64,000 nt of DNA from Nitrososphaeraceae archaeon (GCA_035643435.1 DASQQK010000286.1:8706-72705); one strand, 5' to 3'; counted from the first letter of the stretch, positions 18,590-28,724 are shown. Translations and numbers: made by a program. The notes: generated by a model from the sequence alone, not told the origin.

Positions 18590-19211
18590 TTAGGGCCTGA
18601 ATTGTGCCGAAAGTCTGTTTTCCATAGTCTGCTGTCAATTTCCTTTCTTCGTAGGCTCCACATTCTACACATTTCACTGCATTGTTAACTCTCACCGTAT
18701 TTCCTCCACAGTTGTAGCATAATGTATAGATTACACCAAAATCCCTCTCTACGATAGTAATGTGAATGTTTGAATTGAGGAGACTAACCACTCGTCCCCT
18801 GATAATATCTCCTACCCTGAATGTGACTCTTGACCTCCGGTCTCCCCTTTCCCTAGACCATCCACCATGACCACCTGAAATAGAGATCCCTTTTGTACTT
18901 GAAACGGCGGAAAATCCAGAATAAGACTTTACTTCGTTAATATACAAAATTTTTATTGATATCATGCTACCAAATAGCATATCAATATATCCAACAACTA
19001 TATCTCCAATTTTTGGCAACTTCGGAGTATTTTCTTGCTCAATCCTTACTATGCGTCTCCTCAAATCGTACACCTTGCGTCCAACCGCGCTAGATCGAAT
19101 ACTATCATCATCGACATATGTATTCTTGCCGCTCTCAAATTCCTCTATAAACGCAACCGGATCACCTGGAAAGGTTGGGGTTAGCTTAATCTTCTTGATT
19201 GTCAAAGCCAT
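18576..19211 (-). CDS. csl4: exosome complex RNA-binding subunit Csl4 (S1 + zinc ribbon)
   Basis: PGDPVAFIEEFESGKNTYVDD N-terminal domain, S1 core (GDIVVGYI..., GDIIRGRVVS) and a C-terminal CYNCGG...CVECG zinc ribbon. It overlaps the pheA start by 14 nt. Confidence 0.75.
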   Translation of the reverse strand: MALTIKKIKLTPTFPGDPVAFIEEFESGKNTYVDDDSIRSSAVGRKVYDLRRRIVRIEQENTPKLPKIGDIVVGYIDMLFGSMISIKILYINEVKSYSGFSAVSSTKGISISGGHGGWSRERGDRRSRVTFRVGDIIRGRVVSLLNSNIHITIVERDFGVIYTLCYNCGGNTVRVNNAVKCVECGAYEERKLTADYGKQTFGTIQALNGGL

Positions 19212-19349
19212 AAGACATTCTGTATTAGAACGTTATAATTGTTACAGACAAGCTCATCCGCAGAAGAATAAATACCATGCCAGTACCGTCGTAGGAATCG
19301 CATTGCCACTAACAAACAACCTATTAGTAACTTCTTTACAACCTTAACC

Positions 19350-20081
19350 GTGGAGTTTATCGAATGGTTCCCATATTATCAGGAAATCAGAGAACAATTT
19401 GGCTATAGCACCGAGAAGGACCAAGAAGCTGCAGGAGTCCTATCTTATTTGACTCGTAGAAAGGCCTTAGATCTAAAGGTATTAAGAAAAAAAATTCATG
19501 GAAAGAAGGTCATGGTGATAGGTGCAGGCGTCAATCTGGAGGATAGCATTCCATATGTCAAGAGGAACCGAAATTTCACGAAAATTGTGGCTAATGGAGC
19601 AGTTCAAGCAGTTTTAGAACATAGCATTAAACCGGATGTTGTGGTGACAGACTTAGACGGAAATCAAATATTTCTCAAAAAAGCTGACAAGTTAGGAGCA
19701 GTGATGGTAGTTCATGCACATGGGGATAACATACCGCTTATTACCAAGTTGGTGCCCAAATTCAGGCACGTTATAGGCTCCACACAAGTAATGCCCATGA
19801 AAAATGTCTACAATTTCGGCGGATTCACCGATGGCGATCGATCCGTCTTTCTGGCTGAAGAATTGGGAGCGAGTAAAATAATACTTGTTGGCATGGATTT
19901 AGGGAATAAGATCGGGAAGTATTCAAAGACCATGGTTCAGGATTCTGAGTTAAAAAAAGCGAAAATGAAGGTAGCCAAAAAATTGCTTACGATGTTGGCA
20001 GTTAGAACGCGATCAGAGCTATTTGATACTTCGAAAACTCCGGTTAAGGGATTTACCTATATTAATCCATCTCCTACTTAG
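19350..20081 (+). CDS. mptE: MptE-like 6-hydroxymethylpterin diphosphokinase (DUF115 family)
   Basis: KVMVIGAGVNLED...VVVTDLDG...VVHAHGDN...GGFTDGDRSVFLAEELGASKIILVGMDLG matches the DUF115/MptE pattern as I recall it. Confidence 0.55.
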   Translation: MEFIEWFPYYQEIREQFGYSTEKDQEAAGVLSYLTRRKALDLKVLRKKIHGKKVMVIGAGVNLEDSIPYVKRNRNFTKIVANGAVQAVLEHSIKPDVVVTDLDGNQIFLKKADKLGAVMVVHAHGDNIPLITKLVPKFRHVIGSTQVMPMKNVYNFGGFTDGDRSVFLAEELGASKIILVGMDLGNKIGKYSKTMVQDSELKKAKMKVAKKLLTMLAVRTRSELFDTSKTPVKGFTYINPSPT

Positions 20082-20211
20082 TACATGAAATGATTATTGT
20101 TACTTGAATGCATCCCCAATCGCTTAAATTCTTAGCTTGATTTCAGATTGGTACAACAAGAGTAGAAGTTAGAATTTGACCCCCTGAAAAGCTATTATAT
20201 CTTTCATGTAA

Positions 20212-20931
20212 ATGCAAATTAAATTGCCATCCAGCTATTCTGACGATGAAATTAGGAGAGCCGCTGAGATACGTGAGTGGCTTGTTAGGCTGATCTCTGA
20301 TAAGCATGAGGAGATCGAAAACCTGCGCGCAACTCTTTCCCTCGTCGATAGCATGCTTAAGTCAGGAAGCTTCAAGGCCGCATCTAGCTTGAAAGATACT
20401 TACATGCTTGAATCAAATCCAACAAGCAATGGAATATCAACTCATTCGGAGTCCAGGCAGTCTGTAGCATCCAATATTGTGGAAGCTAACGATCAAGCGA
20501 TTGCAACTGACATAAAACATAAAAGAAATGAATTTAATCCAACAGGTTCCGATCCTCCACGGTTTCAAATGGCAGAAACTAAAGAGCTTTTCCGAGTAAG
20601 AGATAATCTACTACTTGCTAGAGCGGAATTTACAGGCCAGTTTGTAGATATCGTCCCTGCTCAGAATATAATGCTCAGTACCAGCACCCCTCCGTTCCGA
20701 TCCTTTTTCTTGGGCAGAATCCTCGACGGTATGAAGGTTAAAGATGAAGAAAAGGCTCGCAATTTGCAAATTAAAGAGTCAGAATCTTTAACCTATACTG
20801 TGGAAGAAGGTGAAAATAGTATAATACGTAAGATAAGGATCAACAACTACCGGGAAAGAGAAAGACTCAACGAGATATTTAACACATGCGCTTGGGTTTT
20901 TAGTCGTATGATCGAAAAAGGCTCACGATAG
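20212..20931 (+). CDS. hypothetical protein (tightly coupled upstream of guaA)
   Basis: 239-aa ORF with a coiled-coil-like N-terminus, a disordered middle and a structured C-terminus. It ends 3 nt before the guaA ATG. Confidence 0.5.
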   Translation: MQIKLPSSYSDDEIRRAAEIREWLVRLISDKHEEIENLRATLSLVDSMLKSGSFKAASSLKDTYMLESNPTSNGISTHSESRQSVASNIVEANDQAIATDIKHKRNEFNPTGSDPPRFQMAETKELFRVRDNLLLARAEFTGQFVDIVPAQNIMLSTSTPPFRSFFLGRILDGMKVKDEEKARNLQIKESESLTYTVEEGENSIIRKIRINNYRERERLNEIFNTCAWVFSRMIEKGSR

Positions 20932-20934
20932 ATC

Positions 20935-22467
20935 ATGGATAGAATTATAGTCCTCGACTTCGGCTCGCAGTATAGCCATTTAATCTGCAGGCGGTTAAGG
21001 GAAGCGAATGTGTATTGCGAGTTGTTGCCTCATGATACTCCTGCAAAGTTACTTGGGCGAATAAAACCTAAAGGAATAATCATTTCGGGGGGTCCATCTA
21101 GTATATATCTAAAAGGGTCCCCCAGGCCCGACTATGGTATTTTTGACCTAGGAATACCTATCTTGGGTATTTGTTATGGACATCAGTTAATTGTTGACAG
21201 ATTTGGGGGAAAGATAAGAAAATCTACTATTCGTGAGTACGGTAGCTCGAACCTTGTTATAGATGACCATGACGACCTTTTTAGTAACATAGCTGGTAAC
21301 ATAAGATGCTGGATGAGCCACACCGACACTGCTGAACTGCTACCAGAGGATTTTGAGGTTCTTGCTCATACTGATAGCTCTTCTTCAGCAGCTATCGTTA
21401 ATAGGAAGAAGAAGCTATTTGGAATACAATTCCACCCTGAGGTATTGCACACAGAGAGGGGAACAGAAATTCTTAGGAATTTCTCATTTCGAATAAGTGG
21501 GGCAACACCTGCCTGGAACGTGAAAGACTACGTAGACAGAACTATTTCAGAGATTAGAAAAAAAGTGGGAACTGATAGAGTGCTATGCGCGGTTAGCGGA
21601 GGAATTGATTCGACCACTGTAGCAGTTTTGTTACATAGAGCGGTCGGAGACAACCTTCGATGTGTATTCGTCAATCATGGTTTGCTGAGACTTGGGGAAG
21701 AGGAATTAGTCGTTCAAACTTTTGAACAAGATCTGAAAATACCACTTATCGTGGTCAATGCATCGGAGAGATTTATTACAAGATTGAGAGGAATTAAAGA
21801 TCCTGAGCGGAAAAGGATGATAATAGGTGACGAATTTGCTCGAGTATTCGCTGATGTTGCAGCTGAACGTGGCCCTTTTCAGTGGCTGGCACAGGGTACT
21901 CTTTACCCAGATATCATAGAAAGTGGAGTGTCTCACGGTCCTGCATCCGTTATCAAGAGTCACCACAATGTGAAGGGATTGCCAAAGTGGCTTAATCTGA
22001 AGGTTATCGAGCCACTCAGTACGCTCTATAAGGATGAAGTGAAGGGTCTTGCAGCGGCCCTTGGCGTACCTGAGCAGTTACTGAAAAGGCATCCCTTCCC
22101 CGGACCCGGATTGGCTGTAAGAATTCTTGGCGAGGTGAATCATGAGAAAATTCGCATAACTAGGGAAGCTAGTAGGATAGTGGAAGATGAATTGATTGCC
22201 GAAGGATGGTACGATAAAGTCTGGCAAGCATATGCGGCGGTTGGTGATGATAAGGCGGTAGGTGTAATTGGCGATGGAAGGCTCTATGGATACATTGCAA
22301 TAATAAGGGTTGTCGATTCTGTAGATGCAATGACAGCCGATTGGGTCAGATTACCTTATGACGTCATCGGAAAAATTAGCAATCGAATCAGCAACGAGGT
22401 AGAAGGAGTAACTTGGGTGACTTACGCCGTGTCGAGCAAGCCCCCAGCTACAATTGAACCACAGTAA
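20935..22467 (+). CDS. guaA: GMP synthase (glutamine-hydrolysing), fused GATase + ATP-pyrophosphatase
   Basis: ILDFGSQYSHLICRRLRE, GICYGHQL, FHPEV (GATase triad), PP-loop AVSGGIDSTT, and C-terminal KSHHNV.GLP...EPL. Confidence 0.95.
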   Translation: MDRIIVLDFGSQYSHLICRRLREANVYCELLPHDTPAKLLGRIKPKGIIISGGPSSIYLKGSPRPDYGIFDLGIPILGICYGHQLIVDRFGGKIRKSTIREYGSSNLVIDDHDDLFSNIAGNIRCWMSHTDTAELLPEDFEVLAHTDSSSSAAIVNRKKKLFGIQFHPEVLHTERGTEILRNFSFRISGATPAWNVKDYVDRTISEIRKKVGTDRVLCAVSGGIDSTTVAVLLHRAVGDNLRCVFVNHGLLRLGEEELVVQTFEQDLKIPLIVVNASERFITRLRGIKDPERKRMIIGDEFARVFADVAAERGPFQWLAQGTLYPDIIESGVSHGPASVIKSHHNVKGLPKWLNLKVIEPLSTLYKDEVKGLAAALGVPEQLLKRHPFPGPGLAVRILGEVNHEKIRITREASRIVEDELIAEGWYDKVWQAYAAVGDDKAVGVIGDGRLYGYIAIIRVVDSVDAMTADWVRLPYDVIGKISNRISNEVEGVTWVTYAVSSKPPATIEPQ

Positions 22468-22529
22468 GAATACAAAATTTAGTGAATTATACGAGTGGTC
22501 TTTCATTACTTCAATTAGACGGTCTAACG

Positions 22530-23351
22530 TCATAACTTTGATCCGCACTCTTCACAATACTTTGAACCTTCTTCATTTGTGTGCCCGCATGCATTGCACT
22601 TTGCGATCGCAGCAGATCTATTCTGTGAGTTAGGCTCAATATTGGGCCAACTCTCGTTGATTAGTACGATGTCACCAATCTTGGAGACCTTGGACCAAAG
22701 GAATTCAGAAGATTTGTTCTCGTCACTCTTTGATTGATTGTCTACCAAGATGCTTACGTCAACTCTTCCGTTCTCTAGCCTTCTAAGTCCGATCTCCTTT
22801 ATATTTCCAATCAGCATCGCTTCCGAGTCATAGGCTGGCATGTCTATTAGTGAGTATATTGGAAGAAACTTTCCGTTAGCTAAGGCCTCATGCACTACGT
22901 GAATGGAATCAACTGTAGGGTCTTTAGAAGCTCTTGAAGGTGCCTCTTTTGCCGAGGAAATATGTTGACCTGATCCTCCCCTATGATTAAGAGATGGTAG
23001 ATCGTCTTGAACACTCTGGGGGGACAGAAACTTGCGGTATTGTGCAATCGTGTTATTGCATTTGTTGCATTTGTATTCTCCTTTCTCTTCTAAGATTACC
23101 CCCTCCCCTAGATCCTCATTTGGGTTATCATACACAATAGATGGAGGCCCATCAAATTGCTTTTCGCACTTGTTACAATAATATTTCGAGAGCCTCTTTT
23201 CGTCCAGCCTTCCAACACCTGCTAGAAAAAGCTCAGGCCCTCCTAGGTTGCCTCTTTTTTGTTCTTCCTCTGTTATTTTTGCTAGAACATACCCTCCGGA
23301 TCCACGAAGTTTCTTTTCTTGGTAATCGTTTCTGGGCGTTTCGCTTAGCAT
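22530..23351 (-). CDS. zinc-ribbon-containing protein, function unknown
   Basis: An internal CNKC...CNKC ribbon and a C-terminal CNACGHTNEEGSKYCEECGSKL ribbon. No enzymatic motif recognised. Confidence 0.5.
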   Translation of the reverse strand: MLSETPRNDYQEKKLRGSGGYVLAKITEEEQKRGNLGGPELFLAGVGRLDEKRLSKYYCNKCEKQFDGPPSIVYDNPNEDLGEGVILEEKGEYKCNKCNNTIAQYRKFLSPQSVQDDLPSLNHRGGSGQHISSAKEAPSRASKDPTVDSIHVVHEALANGKFLPIYSLIDMPAYDSEAMLIGNIKEIGLRRLENGRVDVSILVDNQSKSDENKSSEFLWSKVSKIGDIVLINESWPNIEPNSQNRSAAIAKCNACGHTNEEGSKYCEECGSKL

Positions 23352-23580
23352 GGATAAATATTAAATGGTCTGAATATAAAAAACTTGTATTGAGCTTTTT
23401 CACTAGGTTGAACAATTAAAATGGGCATCCTATTCATAGCGGTTCAGTTTCCGTATCCCTTATATTTCTGTGCTTTCTAAGATATGTCATCAAAAGCGGC
23501 GGCAGATCTGTCAAGTATCGGAATACTACTTATCATTTCTTCCGTGCATTTGTGCAGGAAAATAATAGTGAAAAGAAAGA

Positions 23581-24867
23581 TTGGAATCAACGTTTGAAGA
23601 ACTAGGAGTAAGCCCACCTCTAACAAGGGCATTGGATGAAATAGGCTTTGCTAAGCCATTTCCCATTCAAGAAGCATCAATACCATTTATTTTGCAAGGG
23701 CATGATGTAATTGGTCAGGCGCACACTGGAACGGGTAAGACGGCGGCTTTCTGTTTGCCTGTTTTATCTCGTCTCAAAAGTAATGGTCCAGTTCAATTTT
23801 TGATATTAGTACCCACACGGGAACTCGCGGTTCAAGTCACCCACGAGATTACAAAATATTCCAAGTATACTGCAATTCGTGTAGTATCCATTTTTGGAGG
23901 GGTAAGTATCGGTCAGCAACAGTCGCGATTGGAGAAAGGAGCTCAGGTGGTTGTCGCCACTCCAGGCAGACTCATTGACCATTTGAAGAGGGGAACCATC
24001 GAGCTGGACAAGGTGAGTCACGTCGTTCTTGATGAGGCCGACAGAATGCTAGATATGGGTTTCATTGATGACATAAGGTTCATTCTTTTCTATATCAATG
24101 AAAAGCATCAAACCTGTCTATTTTCTGCTACTATGCCTCCTGAGATCATTCGCCTTGCAGAAGAATATATGACTAATCCTAAACATGTCCGACTTAACGA
24201 AGAAGAAATCAGTCTCGATACAATAGATCAATCATATTTAGTTACTCATGAAAGGCAGAAATTTAAGCATCTTTGCGAACTGATCAAAAATGAAAATAAG
24301 AAACAGATGATCATATTTGCTGCTACAAAACAACGAACTCATAGATTAGCTAATGATCTGAAATATACAGGCTTTAAGGCTATCTCTATACATGGAGATT
24401 TAACCCAAAAGCAAAGAGAGCTGGCAATGCATAGGTTCAAGGCAGCGAAGGAAGATATACTCGTTGTTACTGACATAGCTGCTAGAGGCATTGATATTCC
24501 AGCCGTCAGTCATGTGGTAAACTACGATGTTCCGGAGGATCCGTTGGTTTATTTTCACCGCATCGGAAGAACTGCTCGGGCAGGCGGCAGCGGTAAGGCT
24601 GTCTCGTTGGTTTCTGTGGAACGACTAGAAGACTTCCAGAGAATTATAAATCGCACGGACCAACCCATACGCAAGCTAAATTTTGAACTAGGTATAGAAG
24701 TTCCTGTCTACGAGGGAAGGAACCATCGCCCATCACACTCGGGAGCTAGGTGGCACAGACCTTCCAACGGTTATCGAGATAGAAGACAAAATGATCAAAG
24801 AAAATATAGCAAAGCGATGACCAATTCTCGGTACCATCGGAGATACAGCAGCGGCTTTCATCAGTAG
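23581..24867 (+). CDS. DEAD-box ATP-dependent RNA helicase
   Basis: Q-motif (FEELGVS...GFAKPFPIQ), AHTGTGKT, PTRELA, DEAD, SAT and HRIGRTARAG, with an Arg/Ser-rich C-terminal tail. The TTG start is required to retain the Q-motif Phe. Confidence 0.92.
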   Translation: MESTFEELGVSPPLTRALDEIGFAKPFPIQEASIPFILQGHDVIGQAHTGTGKTAAFCLPVLSRLKSNGPVQFLILVPTRELAVQVTHEITKYSKYTAIRVVSIFGGVSIGQQQSRLEKGAQVVVATPGRLIDHLKRGTIELDKVSHVVLDEADRMLDMGFIDDIRFILFYINEKHQTCLFSATMPPEIIRLAEEYMTNPKHVRLNEEEISLDTIDQSYLVTHERQKFKHLCELIKNENKKQMIIFAATKQRTHRLANDLKYTGFKAISIHGDLTQKQRELAMHRFKAAKEDILVVTDIAARGIDIPAVSHVVNYDVPEDPLVYFHRIGRTARAGGSGKAVSLVSVERLEDFQRIINRTDQPIRKLNFELGIEVPVYEGRNHRPSHSGARWHRPSNGYRDRRQNDQRKYSKAMTNSRYHRRYSSGFHQ

Positions 24868-25031
24868 TCCGATCAGTTCATTTTTTTGAACTAGTATTGC
24901 ATTACAGTATCAATAGACTTCGAGTTAGATGTAACTGGCAGGAAATGACTATCCAGCTGATTTGATGTTCTGTAATCAGATTCATCTGTGTGACGGTAAC
25001 TATATATCTAAAAATTGATGATATACAATAA

Positions 25032-25547
25032 ATGCATCAGGATGATAATGATTCTTTTGTGAAGATTGCTGCACTCATTGGAGGTGAGGAATATCTGAAA
25101 GTTGCACGTGCCCTCTTGCATTCAGAAGATGCAACAGATGAGGAGATTGCTGCAGCAACAGGTCTTAGGATTAATATCATTAGAAAAGTACTATATGATA
25201 TGTTTGGGAAGGCATTGATTACTGGCATTCGTGTAAAGGATGAGAAAAAAGGTTGGTTCGTATATAGGTGGAGAGCGAAAAGGGATCAAGTGGACAATTT
25301 CATCGATAATCATAAGAAAAAAATCCTCGATCGGTTACAAAAACGACTTGAATACGAAGAATCCTCAGAGTTCTACCATTGTGGGAACAACGATTGTTCA
25401 TATGTCAAATTCGACCTTGCGGTAGAGCAGTTCTTCAGATGCGGTACATGTAAGGAACCGTTGAACATGATTGATAATAATCAGGTAAAGGAGGCCTTGC
25501 GACACAAGATCGAGGAAATTATTTCAGACATCACACCAAAAAACTGA
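25032..25547 (+). CDS. tfe: transcription factor E (TFE alpha, TFIIE-alpha homologue)
   Basis: N-terminal winged helix (EEIAAATGLRINIIRKVLYDM...WFVYRW) and a C-terminal zinc ribbon CGNNDC...CGTC. Confidence 0.75.
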   Translation: MHQDDNDSFVKIAALIGGEEYLKVARALLHSEDATDEEIAAATGLRINIIRKVLYDMFGKALITGIRVKDEKKGWFVYRWRAKRDQVDNFIDNHKKKILDRLQKRLEYEESSEFYHCGNNDCSYVKFDLAVEQFFRCGTCKEPLNMIDNNQVKEALRHKIEEIISDITPKN

Positions 25548-25682
25548 CAGCCTAATGGTACATATGCCGGCTCTAAACCTGCCAGTCAGAATCGCAGCGG
25601 TTCAATGTAGATACGGGAGTTCATTATGCAGTAAAGTGAGCAGATATCTACCAGCTTGATGAAATTGAACCGTGGAATCTCT

Positions 25683-26183
25683 TCATAATAATGCGTTGCT
25701 GTTATTCAAAAGAGCCCCAAGGAATAGAATTACCAACGACAATCCCACAATCACTCTTCCTAAGAGTATGATTCTGGATCTTACAGGTTGAATGTAAGAA
25801 TAGGGTCTGCCACTCATAATCCTGTTTTCTGTTTCAACATCTATAGACCTTATGTGGATTACATAGATTATCATCGTAACTATTACGAAAATGATCTTGA
25901 TAAGCAAAATAATGCCATATTCAGAATCTAATAACGCATCTGGCTGCAAGAGAAAAGCGCGAGAATTGTAAATTCCTGTTATTATCAGTATTATAAATGC
26001 TGGTAGTGCTATTCTGTTGAATCGCCTCCCTATTCTTAGCATAAGGGCAAGACGGTCTGCAGGTGAATCGGCAATCGTTCCTAACATGGGTGCCAAAACC
26101 ACCCCTAAGAATAACGATCCACCCACCCATATTGATGCACAGGTTAGATGGACCCAAAAAACTAGGACCTCAGTTAGTGCCAT
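25683..26183 (-). CDS. CopD-like integral membrane protein
   Basis: Four predicted TMs. FWVHLTCASIWVGGSLFLGVVLAP resembles the CopD/DUF4149-type first helix. Confidence 0.45.
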   Translation of the reverse strand: MALTEVLVFWVHLTCASIWVGGSLFLGVVLAPMLGTIADSPADRLALMLRIGRRFNRIALPAFIILIITGIYNSRAFLLQPDALLDSEYGIILLIKIIFVIVTMIIYVIHIRSIDVETENRIMSGRPYSYIQPVRSRIILLGRVIVGLSLVILFLGALLNNSNALL

Positions 26184-26248
26184 TATGAAACAGAGATTGA
26201 CTCTAATACTATTATTCGTATTGTCTTAGAAAAGATTTTAATGCACTT

Positions 26249-26794
26249 TTGATTAGCATAAATGCCAGGATGTTTTTTACGAGACGTAGAGCCATTCTCA
26301 TTGGCGTTGTTGCGGCGCTAGCTGCAGGTATCATTTTTACACCACTCATCTTGACACTGACACTTCCACCTGATATCAATGTAGTAAAGATTAACCTAGA
26401 AAATGTTGAGGTCGCGAAACCCTCTCCTGAAGAAGAAACATCGAACATACTTACTCTTAACGTATTTTTTAAAGTCGATAATCCCACTGATAAGACTTTG
26501 ACAACCTCAAAAATCGATTACACTCTTTCTGCTAACGGTGAGTCTCTAGGCAGCGGACATGTCGACTACGTAGATATTCCTGTACATGGACGACCACAAC
26601 TTCTGTCGGGAGGGCAAGCTACAATCTCGTCAAAGTTCGAAATACCACGTAACGATCCAAGTCTTGCACAACTCAATGTTGGAAATCTCTCTAGCTCTGA
26701 CATAAATTGGGAGGCTGAAGGGACTGCTGATATCGAGTCTGGATTTGTCACAACTCCATTGGCCTTTAAGGACGAATTTCGGCGTTCTTTATAA
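26249..26794 (+). CDS. LEA_2 (LEA14/NDR1-like) domain membrane-anchored protein
   Basis: An N-terminal TM, then a beta-sandwich pattern VKINLENVEV...TLNVFFKVDNPTDKTLTTSKIDYTLSANGESLGSG typical of LEA_2 domains. Paralogous in layout to 41765..42346. Confidence 0.55.
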   Translation: MISINARMFFTRRRAILIGVVAALAAGIIFTPLILTLTLPPDINVVKINLENVEVAKPSPEEETSNILTLNVFFKVDNPTDKTLTTSKIDYTLSANGESLGSGHVDYVDIPVHGRPQLLSGGQATISSKFEIPRNDPSLAQLNVGNLSSSDINWEAEGTADIESGFVTTPLAFKDEFRRSL

Positions 26795-26929
26795 CATCCA
26801 TCTTAGTGCATGAACCCTCCTTAAATTTCATACTTCACACATGGAATATCAGACTGAAGGCAAATATCCTCTTTTAATATCCTGTTTTGGCTAAAGCGTT
26901 GTTGAAATATAGATCCTTGTCGATCCTAT

Positions 26930-27394
26930 TCACACCGGCTGACTAGGCTCGATATGACGCTGATGATTCAACGTCCTACTAAAACTCGAGAGCACCCACT
27001 CTGCGATCCACGTACACTTGGCTGGACTGTACTGGCTCGTATCATCTTCAGACGAACATAAATGTTGATAATTACAACTGAAGCATGGGGCCCCCTCAAC
27101 GCTATTTATCTCCACTTGTCTTTTTCCAATCTCGGACACAGCAGGTTTCTTTACTATCAGCTTGTACGTCCACCTGCCATTGTAAAGGATTTTTTCCCTA
27201 GAGATAAGAGCCTGTTTTTCCAAATTCCCGACGAGCCTTGAGCCATCTCTGCTGTCTAGAGAGAAGGTCTTGCAAAGTTCTGTCTGGAAGATTCCATTCT
27301 CGCCACTTCGAGAGATGGTTTGGAGTGCCTGCTCGACCAAACTATTTCTAGTTTTAACTGATATTTTCATAGGAGTAACTATTTCTGATGGCAA
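26930..27394 (-). CDS. winged-helix protein with C-terminal Cys cluster, function unknown
   Basis: wHTH-like ISRSGENGIFQTELCKTFSLDSRDGSRLVGNLEKQALISRE, followed by CFSCNYQHLC...C. The ORF opens at a TTG. The ATG at 27370 is an alternative start. Confidence 0.45.
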   Translation of the reverse strand: MPSEIVTPMKISVKTRNSLVEQALQTISRSGENGIFQTELCKTFSLDSRDGSRLVGNLEKQALISREKILYNGRWTYKLIVKKPAVSEIGKRQVEINSVEGAPCFSCNYQHLCSSEDDTSQYSPAKCTWIAEWVLSSFSRTLNHQRHIEPSQPV

Positions 27395-27607
27395 AATATA
27401 ATTTATTATTATCCTATCTAGATATAAAAATCTTCATGCTTATCATGATCTTTTTGATTAGGTAAATGAGATTTCGGCCGGTTCAATATGACCCTATATT
27501 ATACTAGTCTATTCTGAAACCATAATATGCTTACTACAACGTCAAATGTGAAATATAATTTAGTGAATAGATTTATAGTACCTTGATCGGTAACTTTACG
27601 ATTCGCG

Positions 27608-27958
27608 ATGATGAGAATCTGCGATAGCGATGATATAAAGGATGATTCATTGCATGTTTTCACAATTAATAGGAAGGACATCCTCGTAGGAAGAAGAAAT
27701 GGAAGATTATTCGCATGTAGTAATTCCTGTCCTCACAGAGGAGCATCCTTATCAAAGGGACATTTTGCTGGGAATAATATTGTATGCTATATGCACGGAT
27801 ATGAGTACAATATTTTCACGGGCTTGTTAGAAAAAATGAAATCGTGGAAGAAGGAAGACAGCTGGATGGAGCAGAGTCCAAATTGGCGAACGTCAGGCAA
27901 TTTGAGGTTGTATAAAATTGATGAGCTCGACAAATGTATTTTTGTAGACTCAACTTAA
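27608..27958 (+). CDS. Rieske [2Fe-2S] domain protein (small, soluble)
   Basis: CPHRGASLSKGHFAGNNIVCYMHGYEY has the CxH...CxxH Rieske ligand motif. Confidence 0.8.
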   Translation: MMRICDSDDIKDDSLHVFTINRKDILVGRRNGRLFACSNSCPHRGASLSKGHFAGNNIVCYMHGYEYNIFTGLLEKMKSWKKEDSWMEQSPNWRTSGNLRLYKIDELDKCIFVDST

Positions 27959-28126
27959 CAGGATAATGTGAAAAAAACACGGTTATGGATGATGGTGTAC
28001 TCCGAAATTACTAGCACATTTTTTCCCGCTTTCTAATAAAAAGATACATTAGCTATTGGAACTATTTACTTGGCTATTGATTAACCAGAGAAAGTAAAAG
28101 TGTCTGGATGAGTGAATGCTAAAGAC

Positions 28127-28396
28127 CTAATATCTATTTAACAGAACCATCTGATATACAGTTACTTGGGAGGGGAACATATATACCTCATAGATTCTTA
28201 TCAGATATTCAGAATCATCTGGGTATCTGAGCGCCTTGATCAATGACTGTAGTCCATTAATTAGATGAAGTCTATCAAAATCTTCTCTCATATAAATGAA
28301 ATATCTACATGAAAAAATCGAAATGATTTTAAAATCAGGATTTGCGAACATTTTATTTATGTGTATGACGTATTCACCCACCACTCTTTGAATCAT
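28127..28396 (-). CDS. hypothetical protein (doubtful)
   Basis: 89-aa AT-rich ORF. Its ATG shares a CATG tetranucleotide head-to-head with the HNH gene ATG. Confidence 0.25.
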   Translation of the reverse strand: MIQRVVGEYVIHINKMFANPDFKIISIFSCRYFIYMREDFDRLHLINGLQSLIKALRYPDDSEYLIRIYEVYMFPSQVTVYQMVLLNRY

Positions 28397-28724
28397 GGTA
28401 CGAAAGAGAATCTATATTACCGGTAAAAGTGGAGATTCTTGGTATCAGCTACCTCCCGCTACGCGAAGGAATTATAAGAGTATTCTGGTAAAAAAGTATG
28501 GATCTAGGTGCAATCCTGGCCATGACTTCTCAATTGTACAAGGCATGGACCACAAATATTCTAAGTTTGGCTGTGGTAAACATTTCCCTGTTGCATTGCT
28601 TACAGTAGATCACATAGTTCCTATATCCAAAGGTGGACCAGTCCTTGACATCGGAAATATGCAATTATTGTGCTGGCGATGTCATCGGAGGAAGACCATA
28701 GTACATGACATGATAGACGCATGA
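28395..28724 (+). CDS. HNH endonuclease
   Basis: LTVDHIVPISKGGPVLDIGNMQLLCWRCHRRKT is the HNH core with flanking Cys/His pairs. 109 aa. Confidence 0.8.
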   Translation: MVRKRIYITGKSGDSWYQLPPATRRNYKSILVKKYGSRCNPGHDFSIVQGMDHKYSKFGCGKHFPVALLTVDHIVPISKGGPVLDIGNMQLLCWRCHRRKTIVHDMIDA

